From the IMG/VR virus record IMGVR_UViG_3300045988_035186: a DNA stretch of 35,972 nt; one strand, written 5' to 3'. The notes beneath the pieces are model-generated. The model saw only the letters and a list, made by a program, of their open reading frames with translations, was not told the origin of the DNA and made no database searches. The DNA comes from a virus. Positions 16,088-24,212 of the stretch are shown here, piece after piece. A program made the translations under genes and the position numbers. Numbering within the stretch: the stretch's first letter is position 1; each line of letters begins with the position of its first letter.

Positions 16088-17912
16088 TCCAAATCACCCC
16101 AGCTTTTGATTTATTTAGCAAAGTTTTAACAAATCTATCTTTTTCCTCATCGGTTTCCTTAACCACTATCTTCTTATACAATCTATTACACTCAAGAGCA
16201 AATCTATTGTTGTCAAAATCATCGGTTTTAGTTAAATATTCAACTGTGCCGTTGTTTTTTACAATAGTAATTGTTCTAACATTTTTATTTGCAAATACAT
16301 CCAAATCGTTCATAGAATAACTACTGTTTCTCGGATGATTATGTAAAATAGTTAAATTTTTTCCTTTTGTCTCCAAGTATGTGCCAAAGTCAATTTTTTC
16401 ATCAGAACCTGTAAATGGTTTATAGTCAACCAATCCGTCGCGAAAAACAAATGCAACTTCTTTATTGTCATTTTGTTCTTTTGAAAATTTCAAAAGTTCC
16501 TTATGTTGTTTTTGAATTTCAACCCTTTGTTCTTCAGAATATCCGGCAATATCAACTTTCGGCACTCGCTCGATAGCTTTATCTGTTATTGGCGTAATAG
16601 GCTTTTTATTTTCCTCTTTTATTATACCACTACCGCCCGATTTTTCAACACCGAATTTACCTTTAAAGGTATGATTTTCTGTGTTTTTAATCGGCAAAGA
16701 AGTAGTTTTTATTCCGCCTATCGGTGAACTGGCTTTTTTAGGCTTTGTAATACCCTCAACGTTGCTGCCGCCAACCGTTACCCTGTCCCATTGTTGAGAA
16801 AGTCCGACGCTTTTTGAGAAGTTCACATATTCATCGGAAGTTTTTACATATCTTGCACGAGCGTTAATTATTGCTTGCTCGTCAGCCCCGCCTTCTTCAA
16901 GCAATTTTATTTTCTGCCTTTGTGCCCGCATTGTGGTTTCAAGTCTGCGCTGTCTTTGGGTTGCCTCGTACTTTGTGTATGTCTTGCCGTTGTATTCTAC
17001 AGGCTTGTTTTCCTCTGCGTTCATCTTGTCTAGCTGTTCATCTGTGTATGTGCGTGGAGTTATGCCGGGAGTGAAAGGCGAATATGAGTGATAGCAGTTT
17101 GCGCCGCAAAGTCCTGTTACCGTGCCAAGTCCGCACACGCTCTCGAGTTCTTCCTTACTGTACACTCTGCCTTGCCACACCTGATGGCTCGGCCTTGCTC
17201 CACTGTGCCACGATACCTCAAAGTAATTTGTGCCGAGTTTTTCGGCGTTTTCCTCATTGATTTTGCCCACAACCTGATTCAGTCCTGTTGACACCGCACG
17301 CCTTGCCGCAACGGTAACTCTATTGCTGTGACCGCTTGCATAGTCAACCGTACGCAATCCGCTGTTTGTCATTTCGGTTACGGTTTTTTCGAGTACGGTA
17401 TTATAATCACTCGCACCGCTTGCAATTTCCGTGACGGCTTTATCAAGTGTTTCTTGATAATAGTCTGCAACGGGAGTAAAGCCCAAACTGCCGTCAGGCT
17501 GTCGCTTTGCAAAGCCCATTGACTGTGTAATGTTTTTACATTCGTTTTGTGTCTGCTCTTGTACGGCCCTCACAAATTGCTGTAGTGGCTCGTTTTCTGA
17601 ATATGGTATAAACTCCTTGCCTTGTTCAATAAAAGCACTCTCCGCCTCGTTATATCCGCTTTCCGTTATATTTGTAAAGATGTTTTCAACTTCTTTATCG
17701 CTAAGGTTAAGTGTCCTTGCGACAATGTCTTTGATTCGCTTTTTGCTTGTACCTAAATCGTATAATCTGCTCATTTTATAGCCTGTTGACGGTATAATCT
17801 CCGCAGCTTCAAGTAACATTCTTACTATTTCCGTCATTATGCTCATTTGCAGGCTGTCAAAAATTTGCTCGAGTGCAATCGGGATTGCCTCTGTAACTTC
17901 GGGAGTAAACAT
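16074..17912 (-). CDS. Minor head protein, MuF/SPP1 gp7 family, with a C-terminal JAB/MPN (RadC-like) pattern module
   Basis: 612 aa. MuF signature EVSWHSGARPSHQVWQGRVYS...GLCGANCYHSY (aa about 230-280), a G/S/K-rich linker, then NKEVAFVF...LTILHNHPRNSSYSMNDLDVF (aa 483-540). Confidence 0.8.
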   Translation of the reverse strand: MFTPEVTEAIPIALEQIFDSLQMSIMTEIVRMLLEAAEIIPSTGYKMSRLYDLGTSKKRIKDIVARTLNLSDKEVENIFTNITESGYNEAESAFIEQGKEFIPYSENEPLQQFVRAVQEQTQNECKNITQSMGFAKRQPDGSLGFTPVADYYQETLDKAVTEIASGASDYNTVLEKTVTEMTNSGLRTVDYASGHSNRVTVAARRAVSTGLNQVVGKINEENAEKLGTNYFEVSWHSGARPSHQVWQGRVYSKEELESVCGLGTVTGLCGANCYHSYSPFTPGITPRTYTDEQLDKMNAEENKPVEYNGKTYTKYEATQRQRRLETTMRAQRQKIKLLEEGGADEQAIINARARYVKTSDEYVNFSKSVGLSQQWDRVTVGGSNVEGITKPKKASSPIGGIKTTSLPIKNTENHTFKGKFGVEKSGGSGIIKEENKKPITPITDKAIERVPKVDIAGYSEEQRVEIQKQHKELLKFSKEQNDNKEVAFVFRDGLVDYKPFTGSDEKIDFGTYLETKGKNLTILHNHPRNSSYSMNDLDVFANKNVRTITIVKNNGTVEYLTKTDDFDNNRFALECNRLYKKIVVKETDEEKDRFVKTLLNKSKAGVIWSGRK

Positions 17913-19237
17913 CAGTCAACAACCTCCGAGGACTGCGGCAGGTTCTTTTTTGCTGTCTTTTCGTCCTCTCCGTACCATTTCATACGATACTCATCAGGTC
18001 GCATAATTCCAAGACTCAAGTCCTGAATATCCTGTGTGCGTTCGGTCTGTTCATCTGTGAGAATACTGTCCTTAAAGTCACAAACGAATGTGTAACCGCT
18101 TGTTGTCAGCGAATTGTAAAAGGCGAGAGCATACACCAAATCGTCAAGACAATATTTAAGCTGTTTCTGAATTGCCGATACCGTGTTGTACTTTCGGTTC
18201 TTAGCCGATAATATCTCCGTAGCCGTCTTTGCGACAGTGTCGGGGTCGGATAGGTCACCATACGCAAGGCCGACCGAAAATTCAAGTCTGCGAAGATATG
18301 TATTTAGCCCGTCCGTAATATCAGATTGACGAATTGCAGGAGAAAAATCTTTGAACAATTCATTATCTCCGAGGTCAACATCTACAGCTTTGTAAAGTCT
18401 TTTGTTGAGTTTTTCAGTACCCTCTTTCTTGAAAGCTGCGGCATCAACATGTATTGCCCTTTCGCCGCTCTCAAACTCCCAATCAAGTCTGCCGAATTGT
18501 GTGTCTATTTTACGAATAAGATTTATGTCATTTGCGTAGACAGAAACACCGCAAGATGAGCCGTCAATCGTGTTTTTAATCGGTGTGCGAAAATAACCGA
18601 AAGCAGGGCGGAGCATTGCGGGGTATGTAACAGCATTCGGCAGGCTTGCCCACTCGTCAACTGCCGCAAGCGGAATTTCTCTTCCGAGTTGCCCCTCACT
18701 TGCAGACACATAAGCAGTGTTGGTAATTGTCAATCCCTTTTCGGTATCAAGGCTGTGATACTCAAGCCTTGTGTAATAGTTGTCGCCGATCTTCTTAAAT
18801 TCAGGAAAGATGACTTTTACAAGCCTATGCCTTGCGTCAAATTCAATCGGCACAAAGGCATTTGCGGAAATATACTGCACCTTGTCGCCGCCTAACGGTT
18901 TAATCACCATTGCGCCTGTTGCAAGGCCCGACTGCAATTCGGAGTTAAGGTCTTCCGTTGCGGTTTCAAAGATTTTCTGCAATTTGTCATTGCTTACGCT
19001 TGCGGTCATTTCGTTAAGCGTGATGTTTGCAAACTCTCTTGTAATCGCCTGCTCAAGCCTTAAACTTATAACGCTGTCGGAAAGCCAAAAAGCCTGCCCC
19101 GCAAAGCATTTCTGCCACATTTCAATGCTTTGCATCATATCATCTGTAATCGCAAGTTTAACGCCCAAAGCCTGTTTAATATCCTTTAGAGGGAACATTC
19201 TCTGCCACACTCCTTTCAAAAAATTTATGAATTGCAT
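17912..19237 (-). CDS. Portal protein (SPP1 gp6-like)
   Basis: 441 aa, located between TerL and MuF, with the typical size and order. Confidence 0.8.
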   Translation of the reverse strand: MQFINFLKGVWQRMFPLKDIKQALGVKLAITDDMMQSIEMWQKCFAGQAFWLSDSVISLRLEQAITREFANITLNEMTASVSNDKLQKIFETATEDLNSELQSGLATGAMVIKPLGGDKVQYISANAFVPIEFDARHRLVKVIFPEFKKIGDNYYTRLEYHSLDTEKGLTITNTAYVSASEGQLGREIPLAAVDEWASLPNAVTYPAMLRPAFGYFRTPIKNTIDGSSCGVSVYANDINLIRKIDTQFGRLDWEFESGERAIHVDAAAFKKEGTEKLNKRLYKAVDVDLGDNELFKDFSPAIRQSDITDGLNTYLRRLEFSVGLAYGDLSDPDTVAKTATEILSAKNRKYNTVSAIQKQLKYCLDDLVYALAFYNSLTTSGYTFVCDFKDSILTDEQTERTQDIQDLSLGIMRPDEYRMKWYGEDEKTAKKNLPQSSEVVD

Positions 19238-19238
19238 T

Positions 19239-20501
19239 TCACACCGCCCTTATAAATCTTTTTATATCCCGTTCAAATGTGTATTCAAAACTGTCGAGGC
19301 TGTCGATGTCGGTTGAACCGTCGTCAAGTCTTTCGTCAACAAGTTTTTTATCATTCCATACAGCCTCGCACAATGCCATTTTAAGCGTATCGCAGCCGTC
19401 AGTGTAAAAGAATCTGCCAGCGCCCATAAGTCGCAACAGGCATTGAATACGGTCCTGTACGGGGTATTTGCGTGCGGGTCTGACTATGGTATTCGGGAAA
19501 TGTTCTTCAAACGCTCGTTTAATGCCTCTGCCGAGCACGGTTTCGGCGTTATCCCAATACACAAAGTCAACAACACCGCACAAATCAAAAACAGACTGTG
19601 CAAAATTAATTGCCAGCCTGTCAATGTCGTTTCCGTCGTATTCACCGAAGTGTCGTTCGCTTTTCAACGCTATTAAATTATTGTAGCCTCTTGTCTTTGC
19701 CGTCGCCACAAATGCGTGGCCCGATTTATTGCCGCCAAAGTCAATGCCGATTGTCACTTCTTCAAGTTCCGACTTCAAAAACTGCCTGTACGGTAAATCC
19801 GTGTTGATTTTGTCGGTAATTTGACAGTAAAATTTTTTGGGATTATCGGCAAATCGGCGGTAAATAGCACCCTCGGCACGCACCCACTTGCCGAGAATAA
19901 GACGGTCATAGAAAATAGTGCCCTCATATTCATTGCAAAGGTTCTTCACAAACTCCTCGGATAAGAATTTATTATCGAAAATCGTGTATTCCTGCAAATA
20001 AATATCTGCGTCACTGTCAATGAATTTCTTGAGCCAATGAGTTGGGTGTTCAGGGTTTAAACTGCCGTCAAAGCACGAATAAGGCTTGTCAAGTCGGGAT
20101 TTAAGCATATTGAAAACATCTTCGTTCCACTTTGCAACCTCATCACCGTAAATATATTTTGCCGACGCACCCTGAATTTTAGCAACCTGACTGACCTTTT
20201 CCGCACCCAAACAATACACATCTTCACCGCACACTTTTGCAATGTTTCGGCTGTTAATCGTACCGACAACATCAGAGGTGTAACGCTCTCGCATAGGCTG
20301 CAGTACATTTCGCTCGATAGTTTCCTTTGACACTCCGATGATAAAGCACAAACCGTCTTTACCTATTCGCTCTCGAATACGCATAGGCACAATACAGGTG
20401 ACATCAACAAAACTTTTGCCCGAACGCACCGCACCGCTTTTAATGTTCCAGCGATGTGTTGCGTTTGCTATGTATTCCTTTTGCTTACTCGTGTACGGCA
20501 T
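19239..20501 (-). CDS. terL: Terminase large subunit (PBSX/Terminase_3-like)
   Basis: ORF 19239..20525. The best start is the ATG at 20501 (RBS AAAGGAG, 8-nt spacer). MPYTSKQKEYI...GAVRSGKSF (Walker A) plus a C-terminal nuclease-like half. Confidence 0.9.
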   Translation of the reverse strand: MPYTSKQKEYIANATHRWNIKSGAVRSGKSFVDVTCIVPMRIRERIGKDGLCFIIGVSKETIERNVLQPMRERYTSDVVGTINSRNIAKVCGEDVYCLGAEKVSQVAKIQGASAKYIYGDEVAKWNEDVFNMLKSRLDKPYSCFDGSLNPEHPTHWLKKFIDSDADIYLQEYTIFDNKFLSEEFVKNLCNEYEGTIFYDRLILGKWVRAEGAIYRRFADNPKKFYCQITDKINTDLPYRQFLKSELEEVTIGIDFGGNKSGHAFVATAKTRGYNNLIALKSERHFGEYDGNDIDRLAINFAQSVFDLCGVVDFVYWDNAETVLGRGIKRAFEEHFPNTIVRPARKYPVQDRIQCLLRLMGAGRFFYTDGCDTLKMALCEAVWNDKKLVDERLDDGSTDIDSLDSFEYTFERDIKRFIRAV

Positions 20502-20883
20502 TGTCTGTGCTCCTTTCTGCGTCATCTTTGATTTCTTTCAAAATGCTGTCGAGCTTGTCAAGTGCGGTCTTGTCGGTTTCCTCTTTTTGCTTATCCCGCC
20601 ACTTGTCGGGGCGGCGGTTTTTCAGCCAAAATATTTGTGCAGTAGTGTTGCCCTCAAGAGCAGAGGACAACAAAGCATTTTCAACTTCATAGTCCACAAC
20701 CTCTTTGCCTTTTTTTAGGGCAGCCAAAATAGCCGAATACTTATTTTTCCAATCTTTTAGCGTTGAGTATGAAACACCCATATTCTTAGCAATCTGCTCA
20801 TCGGTCAAGCCGTCCCTTGCCCAACCCTCAAGCAGTAATAAATTTTCTTCTTTAAGCCATTTTTCATACTTTCCTTTTGCCAC
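20485..20883 (-). CDS. terS: Terminase small subunit
   Basis: ORF 20485..20892. The likely start is the GTG at 20883 (RBS AGAGAGG). MAKGKYEKWLKEENLLLLEGWARDGLTDEQIAKNMGVSYSTLKDW has the typical HTH N-terminus. Confidence 0.85.
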   Translation of the reverse strand: MAKGKYEKWLKEENLLLLEGWARDGLTDEQIAKNMGVSYSTLKDWKNKYSAILAALKKGKEVVDYEVENALLSSALEGNTTAQIFWLKNRRPDKWRDKQKEETDKTALDKLDSILKEIKDDAERSTDNAVHE

Positions 20884-20908
20884 CGTCACCACCTCTCTTT
20901 ATGTAAAA

Positions 20909-20946
20909 TAAGCAAAAGAAAAGACAGCACATTTCTGTACTGTCTT
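20909..20946 (-). terminator. Intrinsic terminator immediately upstream of the terS RBS
   Basis: Minus strand AAGACAGTAC-AGAAAT-GTGCTGTCTT (10 bp, G-U on this strand only) followed by TTCTTTTGCTTATTTT. Confidence 0.7.
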
Positions 20947-21086
20947 TGATAGCCACCCGGATTTGCACCGGGGTCTTTCGTGAATCTTTGGCAACCAAAA
21001 TCTATTGAGGCCAAGTAGCTTTGCTAAATAACATGGAAATTGGTTTTAACTCAATGTTCAGCCAAAGCGAACGTTCTCCTGCTCTA

Positions 21087-21482
21087 CTATGACTTATCAA
21101 CTTTATTTTCCCATATTTCAATTACTTTGTCAACAATTTTCTGCTCTTTTTCACTCAATTTAAAAGTACCTTTTTCATTGTGAAAATAACCTTTATGTGT
21201 ATGGGGCTGAGTCCATTTACCGCTAATTCTATGCGGGTGATCAATATCAACCTGTTTATATCTTTTGTTATGCTTATCAAAATAAACTATTGATTTTGGT
21301 TTATCTTGATTACTTACTGTAACATAAACCCTGCCTTTTGTCATAGTCTCAAATGGCGGTGTTATATTGCCCTTGTTAATCTTGATAAATTTGATATTGC
21401 CTGATTGATACACTGTGTGATATTCCGTACCGTACTTCTTACCCTTATCACTTATGCCACTTGAAGAGCCTCGTCCGCCCAT
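21087..21482 (-). CDS. Hypothetical protein starting MGGRGSSSG (His-rich HPHR...HTHKGYFH segment)
   Basis: 131 aa. ...GNIKFIKINKGNITPPFETMTKGRVYVTV...VDIDHPHRISGKWTQPHTHKGYFHNEKG... The first 15 nt match the upstream gene at 14 of 15 positions. Confidence 0.6.
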   Translation of the reverse strand: MGGRGSSSGISDKGKKYGTEYHTVYQSGNIKFIKINKGNITPPFETMTKGRVYVTVSNQDKPKSIVYFDKHNKRYKQVDIDHPHRISGKWTQPHTHKGYFHNEKGTFKLSEKEQKIVDKVIEIWENKVDKS

Positions 21483-21503
21483 TATAACACCCTTTTGAAT
21501 TTA

Positions 21504-21920
21504 TTATGATTTAATTTTCTTGCCTGTTTTCCAGTCAATTCCTTGTTTTGCCAGTAATCGCCTTGCGGCTTGTGTCGATTGATTATCAGGGTGCCCGTGA
21601 GCAGTTGTTAATCTTCTTTCTGTAGGTGTCTTATCTCTAATCACACCCTTACTTACCAAAGATTTGTATTCCTTTCTTGCACTCGCACGCTTACTTGAAT
21701 AATCCGCATTAGCTTTCAAGACCTCTTTCTCAAACTTTTCCTGTCCGCGCTGTGTTTTCAAAGCTCTGTTACCTCTAAGATTATCAACCGTATAACCACT
21801 TGAAATATCGCCAACTCCTTTTAATTTAAGGAATTCATCCTCGGTAATAGCATTTGAAGGAATACCGACTGGGTTTTTGATCTTTGGGATTACTCTAAAA
21901 CTTCCGCCTCTTCCGCCCAT
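21504..21920 (-). CDS. Hypothetical basic protein starting MGGRGGS
   Basis: 138 aa, K/R-rich, RBS AGGAGG, ATGA-type overlap with DUF4417. Confidence 0.6.
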   Translation of the reverse strand: MGGRGGSFRVIPKIKNPVGIPSNAITEDEFLKLKGVGDISSGYTVDNLRGNRALKTQRGQEKFEKEVLKANADYSSKRASARKEYKSLVSKGVIRDKTPTERRLTTAHGHPDNQSTQAARRLLAKQGIDWKTGKKIKS

Positions 21921-22552
21921 TATTTTGACCTCCTAAATTTTTCCTGAAATGATTTGATGTTGATGATGTTTCCCTTACATTCTTCGGGGACCCTGCCGTA
22001 GAAGATAATTGTTTCAGGCTGTAAGCGTTCAATCATTTCTTTGTAGCCTTTCAAAAACAGTTCTTTGGCAATCTTGTTTTTCTGTGTGCCGACACTTGAC
22101 ACGGCAACAGTACCGCCAATAGGTTCGCCGTCAAAACACCATTCAAAACTCTTTTCATCACTCCAACAAATTGTAGGTATCACCTCAATACCGTAGAGCT
22201 GCAAATATGCACCTATCCAATGTTTGCGATAGTGATTATAAATTTGCAACGCTGTCGGATAATCAGTGTAAAGACTGAAATCAGGCGACAACACACAATT
22301 AAAATTTTGTAGCTTTTCAATGTACCTGTCGGGTGTATTCCACAACCTCTGAAACTGGTAATCGTCAAGGAAAAAATGTACTCCGCAATCACTTTGCTTA
22401 CTGCTTAAAATTTCGTTAAATCCGATGAATTTGTTTTCAGTAATTTTTGTAGGCTCGATAATCGGGGTGTCATATTCTCCTGCACCTTCAAAAATCGTCC
22501 TTGTACTGTTTTCGTAACCTGTACCGCATTTATCTTTATACATTAATTCCAC
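21920..22552 (-). CDS. DUF4417-like protein
   Basis: 210 aa. VHFFLDDYQFQRLWNTPDRY...VLSPDFSLYTDYP...QIYNHYRKHWIGAYLQ..GIEVIPTICW matches my recollection of the DUF4417 pattern. Confidence 0.6.
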   Translation of the reverse strand: MELMYKDKCGTGYENSTRTIFEGAGEYDTPIIEPTKITENKFIGFNEILSSKQSDCGVHFFLDDYQFQRLWNTPDRYIEKLQNFNCVLSPDFSLYTDYPTALQIYNHYRKHWIGAYLQLYGIEVIPTICWSDEKSFEWCFDGEPIGGTVAVSSVGTQKNKIAKELFLKGYKEMIERLQPETIIFYGRVPEECKGNIINIKSFQEKFRRSK

Positions 22553-22555
22553 CCC

Positions 22556-22587
22556 GCAAAAGCAAAACCGCCCTCAACGAGAGCGGT
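22556..22587 (-). terminator. Intrinsic terminator in the leader immediately upstream of the first late gene
   Basis: Minus strand ACCGCTCTC-GTT-GAGGGCGGT followed by TTTTGCTTTTG. It ends 4 nt before the DUF4417 start region. Confidence 0.75.
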
Positions 22588-22647
22588 CTGCCGTTATTTT
22601 GAAAAAGAACTACAAAATGTCTCTTATTATCGATTTCTTCATTTTAT

Positions 22648-22679
22648 ATTATATCACCCCTATTCGGGACATCGGGACA
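22648..22679 (-). promoter_or_regulatory. Candidate late promoter: tandem 8-mers plus an extended -10
   Basis: Minus strand TGTCCCGA TGTCCCGA (22679..22664), 7 nt, TGATATAAT (22656..22648). There is no canonical -35. Confidence 0.5.
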
Positions 22680-22682
22680 AAT

Positions 22683-23045
22683 TCACCAATGATGTCGATA
22701 ACACATTTTCTTTATGCTGTCGATTGTGTTATTACCGCCAACCTTAGTTAAAATCTTCGCCCAGCTGTATCGCAAGCTAAGGTGCATAAACAAACAGTTC
22801 TCCACAAAATCGTCACGGGAGAGGCTGTTGAGTGCTGCGTTTCGGCGGATTTCAAGGTTTTGTATCTCCCTCTGAATATCTGCAATCTGCACAACCGCAT
22901 TGCCTACCTTGTCCGAGGTCTGACCTGCACTCGGTAAATCCGACAGCTTAGGCGATGTATTGTCAGCCTCGGCGGCTATGCGTGCAATCTTAGCTTTTAA
23001 CCTCGTAATTTCTCGGTTTATGTCTTTGATTTCTTTTGCAGTCAA
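22683..23045 (-). CDS. Late-gene transcriptional regulator candidate (sigma region-4-like HTH; DUF1492/RinA/ArpU-like)
   Basis: 120 aa, TTG start (RBS GGAGGTG). Coiled-coil N-terminus, then ...CLFMHLSLRYSWAKILTKVGGNNTIDSIKKMCYR, a region-4-like HTH. It is the last gene before the late leader. Confidence 0.55.
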   Translation of the reverse strand: MTAKEIKDINREITRLKAKIARIAAEADNTSPKLSDLPSAGQTSDKVGNAVVQIADIQREIQNLEIRRNAALNSLSRDDFVENCLFMHLSLRYSWAKILTKVGGNNTIDSIKKMCYRHHW

Positions 23046-23221
23046 ATTATCACCTCCAAATCGTCAAAGTAGTCTGAAACAATCTGAAATGCTATCAACA
23101 TACCTTCACTTATGTAATAGTTTCTGTCCTTTCGACTTTTTCTGTCGTTAAGCCTGTCCAACTTGTCCTGTTCACTTTCTATGCGTTCGGATATTTCAGC
23201 TTTTAATTCGTCAAGTGTCAT
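23042..23221 (-). CDS. Small hypothetical protein (59 aa), below the ORF-track cutoff
   Basis: The ATG at 23221 overlaps the MazG stop (TAATG). MTLDELKAEISERIESEQDKLDRLNDRKSRKDRNYYISEGMLIAFQIVSDYFDDLEVII. The stop overlaps the next TTG start. Confidence 0.55.
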   Translation of the reverse strand: MTLDELKAEISERIESEQDKLDRLNDRKSRKDRNYYISEGMLIAFQIVSDYFDDLEVII

Positions 23222-23532
23222 TAATTTTCACCCTCCAGTCTTTTTTCAAGCCTCTCAATCTTTTTTCTGTTCCATTTATTCACTTCTTTATCACATTGAA
23301 ACATTATCTTGCATTGTTCAAGCATAATTTCAACATCTGCCATTTCTTCAAAAATATTATCAACAGATTTCAAATCATCTTCAAGTGATATTTTTTCTTT
23401 AGTATAATTTAATCTTATAAGGCTTTTACACAAAGCCTGCGACAATTCAGACAACTCTTCGATCGTCTTTATCATCTGATTTTCAACACCGTATGTATTG
23501 ATTGCTTTATACATAGTCTCTTTTGATGTCAT
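23221..23532 (-). CDS. MazG-like nucleotide pyrophosphohydrolase (small phage type)
   Basis: 103 aa. ...IEELSELSQALCK... and ...EEMADVEIMLEQ... are the paired EExxE/D helices of the MazG fold. Confidence 0.6.
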   Translation of the reverse strand: MTSKETMYKAINTYGVENQMIKTIEELSELSQALCKSLIRLNYTKEKISLEDDLKSVDNIFEEMADVEIMLEQCKIMFQCDKEVNKWNRKKIERLEKRLEGEN

Positions 23533-24026
23533 TCTTCTGCCTCACTTTCAGTACCATTTTTCATAAAAAGTAGCCAATGTGTTTTATTCAGTTTTCCACT
23601 TTTATGCCCCAAAAGTGGAGGTATCTGTGATAATTTAATTATCTCGTTAGTTTTAACATCCGTTTCATTCCATTTAAAAACCAAAATTCCATATGGTTTC
23701 AAAATTCTGAAACATTCCCTAAACCCTTGAGATAAATCATCTTTATATGTATGTGGGTTAAGTTTACCGTACTTTTTTGCCAACCAAGATTTATCCCCTA
23801 CTTTGATTAGATGCGGTGGGTCAAATACTACTAAATTAAACGTATCATCTTTAAAAGGGATATTCCTGAAATCGGCGACAACATCAGGTTTGACTTCAAA
23901 CGCTCTACCGTCACAAAGAGTAACTGATTTTTTTAATGTGGGACAATCTAAAAACACAATTACTAACAACCTTATCCCCACAAGTGCAGAAATATCGTAA
24001 CTTTGGTATTGACAAATTAGCGTCAT
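23529..24026 (-). CDS. SAM-dependent DNA methyltransferase-like protein with an unclear or degenerate N-terminus
   Basis: ...LCDGRAFEVKPDVVADFRNIPFKDDTFNLVVFDPPHLIK...ILKPYGILVFKW (DPPH motif IV). There is no clear motif I or RBS. The 5' 116 nt overlap ORF 23911..24138. Confidence 0.45.
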   Translation of the reverse strand: MTLICQYQSYDISALVGIRLLVIVFLDCPTLKKSVTLCDGRAFEVKPDVVADFRNIPFKDDTFNLVVFDPPHLIKVGDKSWLAKKYGKLNPHTYKDDLSQGFRECFRILKPYGILVFKWNETDVKTNEIIKLSQIPPLLGHKSGKLNKTHWLLFMKNGTESEAEE

Positions 24027-24138
24027 TTTCAAAGGCTTTTTCACCCGTTTTATGTAAAATGCCCTCAATCACCGTTCCGTCAAAAAGTACGATTTCAACA
24101 TATTTCCCTAAATGTCTTTCGAGTTCATATCTTGTCAT
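23911..24138 (-). CDS. Hypothetical protein (75 aa)
   Basis: Strong RBS AAGGAG 8 nt before the ATG. MTRYELERHLGKYVEIVLFDGTVIEGILHKT... Confidence 0.5.
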   Translation of the reverse strand: MTRYELERHLGKYVEIVLFDGTVIEGILHKTGEKAFENDANLSIPKLRYFCTCGDKVVSNCVFRLSHIKKISYSL

Positions 24139-24143
24139 AATTT

Positions 24144-24212
24144 TTACTCCTTTAAAGTTCTGACTTTTTCGCCATATCTGCGAGTTTGACCTCTGAATAA
24201 TATTTCTCTCAT
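24144..24212 (-). pseudogene. YopX-like N-terminal remnant (22 codons)
   Basis: RBS GGAGG, then MREILFRGQTRRYGEKVRTLKE and a stop. MREI.FRG... is the characteristic YopX-family N-terminus, but the rest of the domain is absent. Confidence 0.4.

Noticed and set aside
20893-21086. Possible tRNA-like or structured ncRNA in the 190-nt gap before terS (hairpin CCCGG-ATTTGCA-CCGGG at about 20957..20973)
   Set aside because: No cloverleaf can be built, and the loop lacks U33 and purine-37 in either orientation. The gap may contain pac/cos or regulatory signals, but nothing can be assigned from sequence alone.
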